Of a stretch of DNA of 64,000 nucleotides, positions 1-13,505 are shown piece after piece (the stretch's first letter is position 1; each line of letters starts with the position of its first letter). The DNA is from Eledone cirrhosa (Eukaryota). The translations under genes were made by a program, and so were the position numbers. Under the pieces are notes generated by a model. The model made no database searches and was not told the DNA's origin. It worked only from the letters and a program-made list of their open reading frames with translations. The stretch is from positions 267,592,001-267,656,000 of the forward strand of contig OZ024743.1 of the NCBI GenBank assembly GCA_964016885.1, read 5' to 3'.

Positions 1-328
1 ACGACCAAGTAATTCGGGTCAAACAATAAAAATATATGTGTTGATACTTTCCCGGACCCTGGACTGATGGTAAAATCCAGTATTGGTTTCTGCGACTCCA
101 AATCAGGTACTGTCCGCCTACATAGAGAATGTTGGGCTTCTGGTGAGATGATGAACAAGGTAGTCGTGTTTTCAACGGGTTTTGCTCCAATATGCTATAG
201 ATAGTGTAGCTATTACTGACCCCTCGTGGGATTCAGCAAGGGAGGTAACACCTCTATTAAGCGAATGATTCAGTTGTGTATTATTGCGAGAATGCAAAAT
301 ATCACAAATCGATATATATATATATATG

Positions 329-359
<31 letters not shown>

Positions 360-361
<2 letters not shown>

Positions 362-720
362 AAGTTTCCGTTGAAAATTGAAAAAGTCATAGAAGTGAAG
401 AGTGCCTTATGTAAGTACCAGAGCTAAATTTTATGTATAATAAACAATACAATATAATTACCTCATTACCAGAGGTTTCCCGAATAAAACGAATACGAAA
501 AACGTCCTCATTCGTTCATCGGACAAGGCAATTTAAAACATAGTGAAATATTTGAAAAATCTCCTCACGAAAGGCAAGAGTTTAACGGGCCAAAAAAATA
601 TATAAATAAAAGTAGTGCAAGAGATATATAAAAAAATAAGGAAATATAGTTAGGGTATATGTATATGTATGTATATTCACTCACAAATGTACATATGTGT
701 GTATGTACAAATGCATGTGT
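360..720 (-). mobile_element. Non-autonomous PLE pLTR-like unit carrying a hammerhead (same family as 25745-26050; related to 3240-3740 and 12500-12750)
   Basis: 360-545 closely matches the reverse complement of 25861-26048; the 3' end runs into the (TA)n at 312-359. Confidence 0.7.
456..533 (-). ncRNA. Type I hammerhead ribozyme, core variant (CCGAUGA)
   Basis: Minus strand: aattgccttgt CCGATGA a-cgaatgaggacg...cgttttattcg-g GAAA cc-tct-gg TA atgaggtaatt; 11-bp stem I with GU pairs, U4C substitution. Confidence 0.65.
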
Positions 721-726
721 ATGGAG

Positions 727-732
<6 letters not shown>

Positions 733-790
<58 letters not shown>
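733..790. repeat. (TA)n microsatellite
   Basis: Direct reading. Confidence 0.95.
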
Positions 791-793
<3 letters not shown>

Positions 794-1187
794 CTCTACT
801 TTTGATTCATTATCTATTTGGTGGATATATATATATATATATAAATCAAGAAAGAAGAGTGACAGGGTTTGCTATACAATAAGGGCTTTAATCACATTGC
901 TGACAATTCTTTCTCTGAACTGGTAGGTCTAGAGATCGCTACAATAACTGGACAACATCTAAGTGAACTCCCTATAACAATAATTTGTTATCCCGTATAT
1001 ATATATATGTATATATATACAATGATATTTAATAAATGGAAACTATATTTATGAAACCATATTTATTCTATTATATATATTTCAAGGGTACCAAAACTTT
1101 GGTACGCTTCAATCACATAAAATACAAAGTTTGTTTTATAAATTTTGACATAACCAAGAAAAGATACCTTAACGACTGAAGTTTTAT

Positions 1188-1292
1188 TTGTGTGTGTGTA
1201 TGTGTGTGGAGGGGTGTCTGTGAGTGTGTGGGGTGTCTCTATGTGTGTGTGTTAGTGTGTGTATGTGTGAGTGTGTGTGAGTGTGTGTGTGC

Positions 1293-1357
<65 letters not shown>
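1188..1357. repeat. (TG)n-(GA)n compound microsatellite
   Basis: Direct reading. Confidence 0.9.
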
Positions 1358-1359
<2 letters not shown>

Positions 1360-1928
1360 CGTGTGCAGATTGAAAGTGCGCTTAAAGGAATATAGACAAA
1401 AAGAAAACTTGAAATACATTTACCAATATCATGCATATTGCCGGACCAAGGTCTACGATATATGTTGCAGTCTTTCATATTTCCCTCACCAATTCATCAA
1501 CTCAACCCTATCACTAATAACTACTTTATCTTTATTACACATTAAACTCTATACAAAGCAATACTCCACTATCAAGAACAATATTTCGTTTTCATCAGTA
1601 GAACGCGTAACTAAACTCTTCACTTCAGTTCCCATTCTCAAAGAAAATGCTTATTATTTGAGGCGTTCGTTCCTTTTAAACACATCCACGTTTCCGTTTT
1701 TGTATTTAGCTTTACTATTTTGCCTTCTCCTTTATTCTTTGTATCTATCCAAAAAACTGTCTCAACCCCAACTAAATAATTAGTAGTTGCAGACATTTGT
1801 TCGTCTCGTATGCTTTACGATATATATATATATATCGATCATATCATAAAGCATATATTTCATATAGGTATAGTTGAGATTCGTAGTTTGTTTCTGCATA
1901 CACAGGCACATGGACACACATACAGACA

Positions 1929-1994
<66 letters not shown>

Positions 1995-2400
1995 AACAAG
2001 TGTATAAGGAACTTAAGTACTCGTTTATATCTGTTGTAATTATACTAATCTCTTCCTGTGGAGTGAGTGCTCTTACCCGCGGATATTTCTACCACACTTT
2101 TACTACAATATATATATATATATATTATACCAAAGGCATGTATTGAGTTAGAAACTCAAAATAGTCCCATTACAGTAAGTTAGCTCTAGGAAAGAGGTTT
2201 TTCCGAGCCGTATATTATAATTGAACAAAAAAAAAAAGAAAAAACGAACACAGACATATACATATATGTGTTCAAATCGTAATGGACCAGAATCGCTAAG
2301 GTGAAAAAAATACTAACTACAGACAATAGGGTTTGCCAGACTCAATTTAAGAATAAATCAAGAAAAATAAATAAAAACCATAATTGTGGTAACTACCGAA

Positions 2401-2661
2401 CACCCGGACAGTTTTGATATAACTGTTTCGCAGGTGGATTGGCAGTATCGGTAGAGAGTCGGACACCATGCTTTGAAGCATAGAGTTACGTCCCTTTATG
2501 ATCTGAGTTCAAATCCCGCCGAGGTTAACTTTGCCTTTCATCCTTACGGGGTCGATTAAATAAAGTACCAGTAATGTACTGGATAATTGCTGGCCTTGTG
2601 CCTAAAGTAGAAACAATTATTTGTGAAAAGGAATACCAATGTCCTAGCTCATCAGCGGGTG
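2401..2661 (-). ncRNA. Type I hammerhead ribozyme with a SINE inserted in stem/loop II
   Basis: Minus strand: cacccg CTGATGA gc-tagg...[SINE]...cct-gc GAAA cagtt-atatcaa-aactg TC cgggtg; perfect 6-bp stem I, 5-bp stem III plus A-U, GUC cleavage triplet. Confidence 0.75.
2432..2621 (+). mobile_element. tRNA-derived SINE (family A)
   Basis: A-box-like TGGCAGTATCGG, B-box GAGTTCAAATCC, body 'gcctttcatccttacggggtcga', tail 'agaaacaattatt'; many copies in the window. Confidence 0.9.
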
Positions 2662-3014
2662 AAGAAATTAGTATCCTGATGACTTCTAAATATAATTAAA
2701 AAACTGGATAGTATGTGTACATCGTTCCCGAACTTAGCGTGTCTCGCACACTCACGCCACTAAAAATAACAGCCGAGTTTACTTGACATTAGAATTAGCT
2801 CGACGAATTAAGGAGCCGAATATATCAAAGGATGTATTCAGTTAGAAACTCAAAATAGTCTCATTTACAGTAAAGTAGCTCTAGCAAAGACGTTTTTCCG
2901 AGCCGTATAGTATAACTGTTCAGTTTTTTTCCTCCATCCCCACTTCCCCTCACAGACTCACACCTATCGTTGTCAACACGCCCCCCCCCCCTTCTTTTAC
3001 TTTATTTTGTTTTT

Positions 3015-3059
<45 letters not shown>

Positions 3060-3100
3060 CGAAACATAAGTCAATTGCATGAACTCCTAATCCTTTATTT

Positions 3101-3159
3101 ACTGCTATATATATTTCGATGATGATAGCCATTGAATGGCTATGACCTCATCAGGCAGT
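3101..3159 (-). ncRNA. Minimal type I hammerhead ribozyme (PLE-type, palindromic loop III)
   Basis: Minus strand: actgc CTGATGA ggtc-atagccat-tca-atggctat-catcatc GAAA t-atat-a TA gcagt; all core nucleotides intact. Confidence 0.85.
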
Positions 3160-3579
3160 TAGTCAGTTCTTAGATATGCCAGCTGTGTTTATAGTGCTGA
3201 TGGTATCAGAGCCTTGGGACATATATATATATATTTGTCCTTATTTATTTTTTTTATTTAGTTATTTCTGCTTGTTTACTACTTCCCAAATTTGAACGTA
3301 TATATCTGTGTATATGTATGTGTATGTATTTATGTTCCTGTCCATATTTCTTTGTAGACGCTATTACATTTGTGTGAGTTTACGTCTACATACATTTTAG
3401 TATATGCGCTAGTTGATTGTGTGTATGTTTACGTTCTGGATATTTATATTTTTATTCTTATATATATATATATTATTTGTTCCCCTATTTCCTTTTCGCC
3501 CGTGTTTTTCAGCCTTACTTTCATATTTCCTGAATTTTTTTTTCATATCCATTTTTAATAAAAACACAATGTTTTTTTA

Positions 3580-3640
3580 TTCATTCTGACGGCTGAAGAC
3601 AGATACAACATATGTCTTCAAGAAACCTCTGGTAAATGAA
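3580..3640 (+). ncRNA. Type I hammerhead ribozyme, core variant (CUGACGG)
   Basis: ttcatt CTGACGG c-tgaagaca...tgtcttca-a GAAA cc-tct-gg TA aatgaa; paralogue of 12664-12719 with covarying stem II. Confidence 0.7.
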
Positions 3641-3859
3641 ATAATTATCTTATGTTGTTTATTACATAACTAATAAGCTCTGTAGCCTACATAGAGCACT
3701 CTTTTTTCCTGTACCTTTCCGACGGAAATACTTCATTTATATATATATATATATTAAAATAACAGATTAAATATTTGCTCTACGGTTCCTATATATTTGA
3801 TATATATTTATCCTTATCGAGCCCTCTTTGGATTTTAGCCTTCAAATTTATTATTATTA

Positions 3860-3860
3860 C

Positions 3861-3954
<94 letters not shown>

Positions 3955-3966
3955 TTTATATATATG

Positions 3967-4064
<98 letters not shown>

Positions 4065-4085
4065 TGTGTGTGTATGTGTGTGTTT
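3860..4085. repeat. (TA)n/(CA)n/(TG)n compound microsatellite
   Basis: Direct reading. Confidence 0.95.
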
Positions 4086-4454
4086 ATATACCAAAGTACG
4101 TTACACAGGGAAAAAAAGAAACACCCGGGACGAACGAAAATACAATTTCGTGAATAAGGCAGAAATTACATAATATTCAGCTCAGTGTATACAATATTCT
4201 TACCAAATCCCGAAAAGATGTATATGAGATAAGACAACAAAACAGAGACAGAGGAACGAAGAAGTGTTTTTGGAGGAGGCGGGGCTGCAGCAATAGGAGA
4301 ATGTAAACAAACTGGAATAAAAGAATTACGTCGAGAAACTGGATATGTTGTGGTACAGGAAAGGTGTGCATATGTTAGTGTAGGAAAGAAGGGGATAATA
4401 GATTTTAGTCGAAAAGAGGATTAAGTATTAATAAAATAGATGTTCTTTTGATCA

Positions 4455-4517
4455 ATTACATTTTATTATACATATTTCGGATGTACGACAGTACGTCCTC
4501 ATCAAACAAAATATAAT
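4455..4517 (-). ncRNA. Minimal type I hammerhead ribozyme, C3U variant
   Basis: Minus strand: attatattttgt TTGATGA ggacgtac-tgtc-gtacatcc GAAA t-atgt-a TA ataaaatgtaat; 12-bp stem I. Confidence 0.7.
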
Positions 4518-4609
4518 GATACATGACATACCCTGAGATGTTAAATGGTTAAGATTTAATGAAGTTTAATTTACTGTAAAACTCATTCTTTGACAGAATA
4601 TTGTTTAAC

Positions 4610-4680
<71 letters not shown>

Positions 4681-4710
4681 AGAACAAAAGATGGTTAAAA
4701 GAGTTCCATG

Positions 4711-4781
4711 TATTTTATTATGCGCATTTCAAAAACAAATATCATCATGCAATAATATTTGTGTTTTCATCTGATAAAATA
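4711..4781 (-). ncRNA. Hammerhead ribozyme in the inverted pLTR (U4A, probably impaired)
   Basis: Reverse-complement copy of 6640-6710 with CAGATGA instead of CTGATGA. Confidence 0.7.
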
Positions 4782-5219
4782 GGAAGACATGATATGAAGG
4801 TTAAAAAACACTTGTGGATAGTGCAGTTTTAAATCAACATATGGAAAGTAGTTTTAGATTGATGTGTGATATTGGGAAAAAACATTTTTTTGAGGGGGGG
4901 GGGGGGGTGAAAAAGAGGAGGAGATGAGAGTAAAAAGTGGAGAGGGAGGAGTATAATGAGGAAGGATGAGATAGGAGGAGAGATGGGTGATAGAGAGAGA
5001 TAGCTTTTATAACTGAGAAAAATATATTGTTTTACATAGAGAGGTTGAATAACCGTTGGAAGATAATGTATAAATTAAAAGAATTTGAAAATTAACGAAG
5101 AGAAAAATAATGTAAAGTTAAGGTTTGTATATTGAAGGGTTTAATAATATGTGCGAGGGTTTAAAAATATGTGCGATGAAAATAATATGTGCGATGAAAA
5201 GACGAATGATGGTTATAAA

Positions 5220-5676
5220 GACGAGGTCACTCATTAATAATCTCTCTAATCGCAATTGCAATAGCCCTGTTAAAAATAAATGTCCTCTCAATAACCATTG
5301 TATTGATAAAAACTTAATTTACGAATGTAAAATTATAACTGACACCAATTCCTTCACCTATTTTGGCTCCACTTCCACCTCTTTTAAAGCTAGTCTTTAT
5401 AACCATCATTCGTCTTTTAAATACAAACTTAAAAGAACCAACACGGCTCTCTCAGAACTCATATGGTCCTTAAAAGACAAAAATATTAAATATAGCATCT
5501 TTTGGAAAAAGGTTTCTTCTGCGTCTCTATACTTGAACAGTTCTCTATCCAAGATTTGCAATCTCTGTCTAAATGAAAAATTTACCATTATATCTAATTT
5601 AAATTCTATAGTAACTGACTTTTTTTCTCTCTGCTTGCATAAATTCCACAAAACATTCCACAAAGTATACAGCTAA
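5220..5676 (+). pseudogene. PLE GIY-YIG endonuclease C-terminal fragment
   Basis: CNSPVKNKCPLNNHC..LIYECKI..YFGSTSTSFK..NHHSSF..TALSELIWSLK..CNLCLNEK matches the Cys-rich GIY-YIG pattern of Penelope-like elements. Confidence 0.85.
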
Positions 5677-6104
5677 TATCCAAAACTTTATCAATTTAGA
5701 ATCTTTTTCTCAAAGGCACACATATATATATATATATACTTCTTTAAAAATATACCCATCTTTCTATCTTATTTCAAAGTTATTTATTATACATTATATA
5801 ATACTTGTTACTCATTCTATATCACTCCTATTTATCACTTCCCTTTCTTCATTTTCCCTTTCTTCTCTTTTTCTTTTAATGTCTAACCCCTAATCTGTAC
5901 CTTTTCTCACTGTTGCCTAACATAGACACAATTATTACATAATACAATACATTCTTACTTCATATCACCTTGTAAAAATCCTTCGTAAACATAAACATTG
6001 TTTGACGTTAGATTATTCATCCTCAATTCATTATTTTTTCTCCCTTTCATCTAACTTACTCATGTTCATCTCACAATATATCCTTACTTACATTACTTGT
6101 TGTT

Positions 6105-6280
6105 CTTTTTAATAATACATATCAACATTTCCTTTCCATCGCACATATTATTAAACCCTTAAATATTATTCTTAATACATATTAACATTTTCCTTCCATC
6201 GCACATATTATTAAACCCTTAAATATTATTCTTAATACATATTAACATTTTCTTTTCATCGCACATATTATTAAACCCTT
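6105..6280 (+). repeat. 60-bp tandem repeat (~3 copies) inside the PLE 3' region
   Basis: 'catcgcacatattattaaaccctt' recurs at 60-bp spacing. Confidence 0.9.
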
Positions 6281-6639
6281 CAATATACAAACCTTAACTT
6301 TACATTATTTTTCTCTTCGTTAATTTTCAAATTCTTTTAATTTTTACATTATCTTCCAACGGGTTTTCAACCTCTCTATGTAAAACAATATATTTTTCTC
6401 AGTTATAAAAGCTATCTCTCTCTCTCTATCACCCATCTCTCCTCCTATCTCATCCTTCCTCATTATACTCCTCCCTCTCCACTTTTTACTCTCATCTCCT
6501 CCTCTTTTTCATCCTTCCCACCTCCCCTAAAAAAAAATGTTTTTCCCAATATCACACATCAATCTAAAACTACTTTTCATATGTTTATTTAAAACTGCAC
6601 TATCCACAAGTGTTTTTTAACCTCCATATCATGTCTTCC

Positions 6640-6710
6640 TATTTTATCTGATGAAAACACAAATATTATTGCATGATGATATTTGTTTTTGAAATGCGCA
6701 TAATAAAATA
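6640..6710 (+). ncRNA. Intact minimal type I hammerhead ribozyme in the PLE pLTR
   Basis: tattttat CTGATGA aaacacaaatatta-ttgcatga-tgatatttgttttt GAAA t-gcgc-a TA ataaaata; 8-bp stem I, long stem II, palindromic GCGC loop III. Confidence 0.9.
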
Positions 6711-6833
6711 CATGGAACTCTTTTAACCATCTTTTGTTCTTATATATTATGTATACTCCAGTCCTACAAATTGTAGAGTGCTTCTTATCCGATATCTGCA
6801 TTGCTTTATTGTACTACAATAAAACTCACCTCC

Positions 6834-6865
<32 letters not shown>

Positions 6866-7140
6866 AATAATATATGTAGAAATAAACACAGAAAATTGTG
6901 TGTTATATAATGCTCAGTAATTATATTTTAAGCTTGTTAATTACAGGGTATTAATATGAGTATCTAACTCTGCCTTTTATTTGAATTTCAGCTCCTTAAT
7001 ATGGTTTGCTTCTAGGTTGAGTGAATTTAGGCTATTGTCTCTAGCCGATCCACTCACACCAAATTGAACGACTGACACACGAGATAAATTATTCCCTCGT
7101 GTATTATTTTAGTCTTAGGTGTTTGTCACTTTTAATCTTG

Positions 7141-7228
7141 TCTCCCGCTGAAGATATGCCTACGGATTATCTGTTAGAAACACAATTTTCAAGGCGAAAC
7201 AGATTAAATATCTAATCTGTCCCGGAGA
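7141..7228 (+). ncRNA. Type I hammerhead ribozyme with full stem III
   Basis: tctcccg CTGAAGA tat-gcct...aggc GAAA cagatta-aatatc-taatctg TC ccggaga; same family as 2401-2661. Confidence 0.8.
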
Positions 7229-7450
7229 TTAATAGTTATTGAAACGGTTAGTACTTTTTATTTTTTACCTTGTATTTTCCGATTGCTTCAGTTTAAAAAT
7301 GTCAAACCAACGTGGTCTTTCTACCCTAATCATATGATTCCAGTTCCTAAGAGAAATAACAACACTACCAGGAGCTGGACATATCGATGGATTGACGGAG
7401 TAAATCACACTTCAACAACATGTGTATCTCTCCTCCCCACACCAATTCGG

Positions 7451-7505
7451 ACTGCCTGAAGAGGTCACAGCCAATGATGGCTGTCACCGAAATATACATA
7501 TCAGT
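7451..7505 (+). ncRNA. Minimal type I hammerhead ribozyme
   Basis: actgc CTGAAGA ggtcacagcca-atga-tggctgtcacc GAAA tataca TA tcagt; family of 3101 and 59194; flanks 7330-7555 resemble 59075-59295. Confidence 0.75.
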
Positions 7506-7959
7506 ATATCTATAATTTATAATAAACGAAGCCAAATTTACATATTTGACTTAATTATTACTCCGGAATAAACAAGCCAACCTGCGTAGTTCGTCGAGTG
7601 CTCTAATCTGCATACTGAGGTGTCGGTAAACAACCAATATATACTCAAAATGTACATATATATATAGTTCAGATCAACAAAGAGAAGTATGGAAAAGATA
7701 ACGAGCACATGAAATAGTGTAATCAGGTTAAATCTTGAGTGAAATTTATAAAAATATGTCTTCTACGTATCTGACGTTTGTCCTTCCTCTGGAAATAAAC
7801 AAGAGTCGAAGACAGGGTAGGAAATGCATAGAGTGAGGTTCTAAAAAATACAGGTAGATACAACATTATATGAACATTTCAATGGCATTTAATCAGCTTC
7901 AGTTTGCCAAAAACACGAGTTGGAGAATAATATGTAGCCACAAAAATAAAAGTGAACAT

Positions 7960-8400
7960 AATTTCATCACCAAAACGACCCCAACTGAAAATTAAAGTTA
8001 GATCCATCGTCTCTTGATGAGATTTTAACCGTCACCTGCACACCTTACCTGGATATATCGGCCACTCTATCGATCTTATTGACTGACTTAACTGGACCCA
8101 ACAAACTTTGACCGAATAACACCCCTTTACCTTAGACGTAGCTTTTCTTTACACAATCCCTGTCGCATCTTGAATCGCTTTAATATCTGACCGTATAATG
8201 TACTCTGATGAGCTCGGTTACTGGATATATTTCTCTGTTGGAATTCCAAATCACAGATGCTGGATCCCTCAACATCAGAATTTTAGGGGTAAGTGGCATG
8301 GAAGGTTATATTCGTTCGCAACGATTAAGCTATGTCCTCCAGTGCTAAACGGTACAGGTATGGAACGAAATCTCTTGGATTCGAAACAACTACAGCAGGG
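7960..8400 (+). pseudogene. Decayed Penelope-like reverse transcriptase fragment
   Basis: Across frames: KIKVRSIVS (RPIVS-like), LPGYIGHSIDLID, FTLDVAFLYT-IP (DVxSLYTNIP-like), LNGTGM (GxAMG-like); has stops and frameshifts. Confidence 0.65.
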
Positions 8401-9132
8401 TTACAGACAAAACATCTAGCACAAAAATAATCTTGTTGTAAGCAGTTACCCAGCATCTGCCACCAAACTCCAGGATGCTTACATCCCGAAGAAGACTGTG
8501 CACACCACATGATGGTATTTGTAACATAAAACTGCCAGACTTCACTGAGAGGACCGCAGTTACAGCCCATTTAGCGATGTGGATATATGGGCTGAAAATA
8601 CTACTGCACCCCAAAATTCTCCTCCCACATCACAAAATGAAATGTGCACATGCGCATTAAATAACTTCTCCAACAGCGATGTAGATATGTGTCTGAGATC
8701 GTACTTAGTGTATAACAATATCGAACCACTGTCCTCAAATTACACATACACATCAAAGCAATGTACTCACTGAGTCCTGTTAAAAGAAATATCTAGAAAG
8801 CTGTCACATCCAAGTTATAAAAGTTGCCATAGAGGCTATCGAATGAAATATAGGAAACTTGCGTATCAAAGAGATTATCCACATTGAAAGCAGGTGCGTG
8901 TTACATCGAACAGTTTGCTATTATGAGTATACCACTGAGTGCATGTCATCTCTCTTCTCAACCAATATCTTCGAAGAAACCCATTTGCACCAACTCAATC
9001 AAGCCATGAAATATATTTTAGTTTGACTCCATCATTTCTAACTTTCTCAAAGCAATCCTAACCACATATTTCACAATGCTTTACATAAACCGAAACTATG
9101 TTATAATTTATTTATATTCCTCCGCTCCTCGC

Positions 9133-9624
<492 letters not shown>

Positions 9625-11179
9625 TTCTTATTTCGAATGTCTGTTTCGTTAGAATCCAGAATCCGATCTGTTCGCTTACTGGAAATATCTTGTCTACTCT
9701 CACCCGACGACTTCACTCAATTAACTCAATCCGGCATACATATAATACACACAAACAAATTCGAACATTATTCTAATACACAATCTAACTCACTTCCACT
9801 CTCTGCAATACATCGCACCTAACCATTACCCTTACCAAACGGTGAACCAACCAAACAAACAGCCAAGCTAACCATCCAGCCAACCAGTCAACCAACTTAC
9901 CAACCACCACTTTTATTCATTCTCCCGTCATACAATCTGTGACATTGATGGATTTTGTTCTTCCCCACTCACATTTACCTCCCGTATCAATTCTGTGTAT
10001 ATACATGCTTTGTTTGTTTCTGATTTGTTGTTATCTTCGGCTTCTAGACCATTCTTTCTTTCACTTTCTTCACTTTTGTTATCTTCTTCCTTCTTCTTTA
10101 CTTTTCTTTTGTCTTCCTTTTCTTTCCCAACTTCATTTTCTTCATCATTTCTTCTCTTATTTTTATTTTATTGCTTCTTCTCCTTCTGTTGTCCTTATTC
10201 GTATTATCGACCGGAATGAGGACTGTATTGAAGGGGGCGGAGGAGGATTACGAAATTAAATAAATAAATGAAAGAGAAACTATAACAAAAATAACAAAAA
10301 TAAATATGAAATAAAATAAAACGAACGATATTGAAAGGGAAAATGAAAGCAAGAAAAGAATGAACAAGAGGAGGAAGACGAAGAAGGAGTGTGTAGAGAA
10401 ATGAATGACTACGGCTTTTGCACATGTCCGCTGCTTCGTCCGTTCGTTTGTTCGTTCCTTTGTATTGTATCTATTCTTGGTTTAGCTTTTGGACAAGGAG
10501 CGATACTCTCTTCCATGATTAGTCTCTAGCGTTAAGCGGAAAGGCACAGCCATTTATTCGTCCTCTTATTATTATTATTATCATTATTATCATTAGTATT
10601 ATTATCATCATCACAATCAACACTGCTATTGTTATTAGCATTATTATTATTAATGTTTTGCATCAATTTTCTTTCTCCTTTCATAGCAAACAAGAGATCT
10701 TCACGAAAGCTATGCCACATCATCCTCGCTGCAATCTAATTTTTTATTGCAATACTTTCCACAGAAAAAATAGTATATACACGCGGACGTTTGCAAATTC
10801 CGTCATCAATGTAAGTATGTAATTAGAGAAAGGGAGGGATCCTAACAGCCAGGCATCCAGACGTCTAGGCAACCAAGCAGCCAGAAAGAACCAGACAAAC
10901 AACTTAATATTCTGCCAGTGAGCCAGCAAAGCAAACAGCTCGACAGACAGGACAGCGTACAGTCAATTATGATATATCAACTAACGGGGACGAAATAGCA
11001 CAGGAAATAATGACCGTTAGAATTACATATAATTTTTATTTCATTATTTTTACAAACCATACTGCTAGTTAACTATGTATCAAATGGAGTTATGTGACCA
11101 ACAATGATTCTCCGGAATTGCACGCATTTACGTTTTCACGGGCGCGCACACTCATTTGTTATCAGGAAAACCCAGGCCC

Positions 11180-11650
<471 letters not shown>

Positions 11651-11951
11651 TTTGCATACGATGTACTTGTATATGAATGTATATGTAACTATGAACATAT
11701 CGCTAGCTACGATATTGAAAACTTACCTACTTGACCTATTTCTCTTTTGTTCCTTTTTCTACTGACTTGTCATACGTCAGTATATGAAATTTTGTCTTGT
11801 GAAAACTCCTTAAAATGTATTTTAAAAATATAATTTGTTTTATTTCCAATCAGTTCTATTGTTTGTTTTTTTTATTATTTTTTTAATTTGACCGTTCCTC
11901 AATTTCATGTTATTTCAATTGTCCTCAAAGATTAAATTACCCTTTGACCTC

Positions 11952-11993
<42 letters not shown>

Positions 11994-12059
11994 TAAGCGA
12001 TTTAATTTGAATATTCTAAATCCATCTTTCTAAAACGTTTACGCTTTGCTGATAAGTTA

Positions 12060-12187
12060 GTAACATTCAATACAGTAAGATATTTTGCTTCCTTTTCTAA
12101 CATGAGTTAATCTAAGAATACTTTGTGTAAATGCATGGCCTGTTTGTCTTGGACTATACACACACACACAGACATACACAGACACAA

Positions 12188-12238
<51 letters not shown>

Positions 12239-12252
12239 ACACACACACACAT

Positions 12253-12290
<38 letters not shown>

Positions 12291-12461
12291 TTATGTGTGT
12301 GTGTGTGTGTCTGTGTGTGTATGTCTGTGTGTGTGTGTCTGTATCTGTGTATCTGTGTGCGTGTGTATAGTCCAAGACAAACAGGCCATGCATTTACACA
12401 AAGTATTCTTAGATTAACTCATGTTAGAAAAGGAAGCAAAATATCTTACTGTATTGAATGT

Positions 12462-12464
<3 letters not shown>
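12060..12464. repeat. Palindrome: ~100-bp perfect inverted arms around a (CA)n-(TA)n-(TG)n core
   Basis: 12060-12165 is the reverse complement of 12360-12464. Confidence 0.95.
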
Positions 12465-12495
<31 letters not shown>

Positions 12496-12663
12496 TTACG
12501 GGTTGTTTCAACTGTCGATACACTAATTACACTGTTTTCATGTTGTCTTACAATTAATCCTATGGATGTGCTCCAAATGAGTTTGTTGAGCAAATTGTAA
12601 ACAATGAGATCGAAATCACTATATATAAAATCCACATTCAATAAAAAAAACCCAGGATATTTG

Positions 12664-12719
12664 TCATTCTGATGACTGAAAGCAGATTTGTTTGCTTTCA
12701 AGAAACCACTGGTAAATGA
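12664..12719 (+). ncRNA. Type I hammerhead ribozyme (C-A mismatch at the base of stem II)
   Basis: tcatt CTGATGA c-tgaaagcaga-tttg-tttgctttca-a GAAA cc-act-gg TA aatga. Confidence 0.8.
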
Positions 12720-12746
12720 AATAATTATCTTATGTTGTTTATTATA

Positions 12747-12787
<41 letters not shown>

Positions 12788-12788
12788 G

Positions 12789-12842
<54 letters not shown>

Positions 12843-13413
12843 CGATTTACTTTTACTTGTTGATATATATATATCAACATTTAATTTAAATCGAATTAAC
12901 TTAGATTTCGTTGTAAAAAGCTCAATGGATATAAGATGCGGGAAAACTATGCCAGAGTACAATTACGCGAGAATATTACAGAAATAACATTAATTGTACA
13001 TTATATTACATATGCCAATGTACAAAAGTATTCAGAATATAAAAATATAGTACAATTTGCGAGATGAAATTTTCTGGAGGTCCTGCTTTAGAAAATATCG
13101 GCTGGAAGTGCTCATTAGCAAAATTCTGTAGAGAGTCTAATCTATTTCCATAGTTGAGGTAATGTCAATGACAGAATAACACATCTTGAAACACCGCCGT
13201 CAAACATTTTCAAAACATACTAGCAACACTGTAATACACAGAGGAATATAGAGAAAAAGAATTTTCGTTATGAAAAAGTATTTTTCTTTTATAGCGAGGC
13301 ATCCCATATGATTATTGCGTATGAACACAATATATGTTTATATGGTTATATATATTTTCATATACAACTATATTGCGCTTAAACGCTGCATTAATATTAC
13401 TGCCAAATAAATA

Positions 13414-13505
<92 letters not shown>

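Larger units (their letters stand above)
2125..2920 (-). mobile_element. PLE pLTR-like unit with partial tandem duplication (2125-2225 ~ 2820-2920), interrupted by a SINE
   Basis: Direct repeat 'agttagaaactcaaaatagtc...tttttccgagccgtata' occurs twice; the minus strand is similar to 6900-7320; contains a split hammerhead. Confidence 0.6.
4675..6746 (+). mobile_element. 5'-truncated Penelope-like retroelement with inverted pLTR (arms ~4675-5202 and ~6250-6746)
   Basis: About 500-bp near-identical inverted repeats flank a GIY-YIG coding fragment; each arm contains a hammerhead; TA runs lie at the ends. Confidence 0.9.

Noticed and set aside
1562-1605. Minus-strand CTGATGA-aaac-GAAA
   Set aside because: No stem II and no consistent stem III/UH; likely chance
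2672-2712. Plus-strand tatc-CTGATGA...gata
   Set aside because: No GAAA or cleavage triplet in register
8205-8260. CTGATGAG motif
   Set aside because: No matching stem II or GAAA; it lies inside the PLE RT relic
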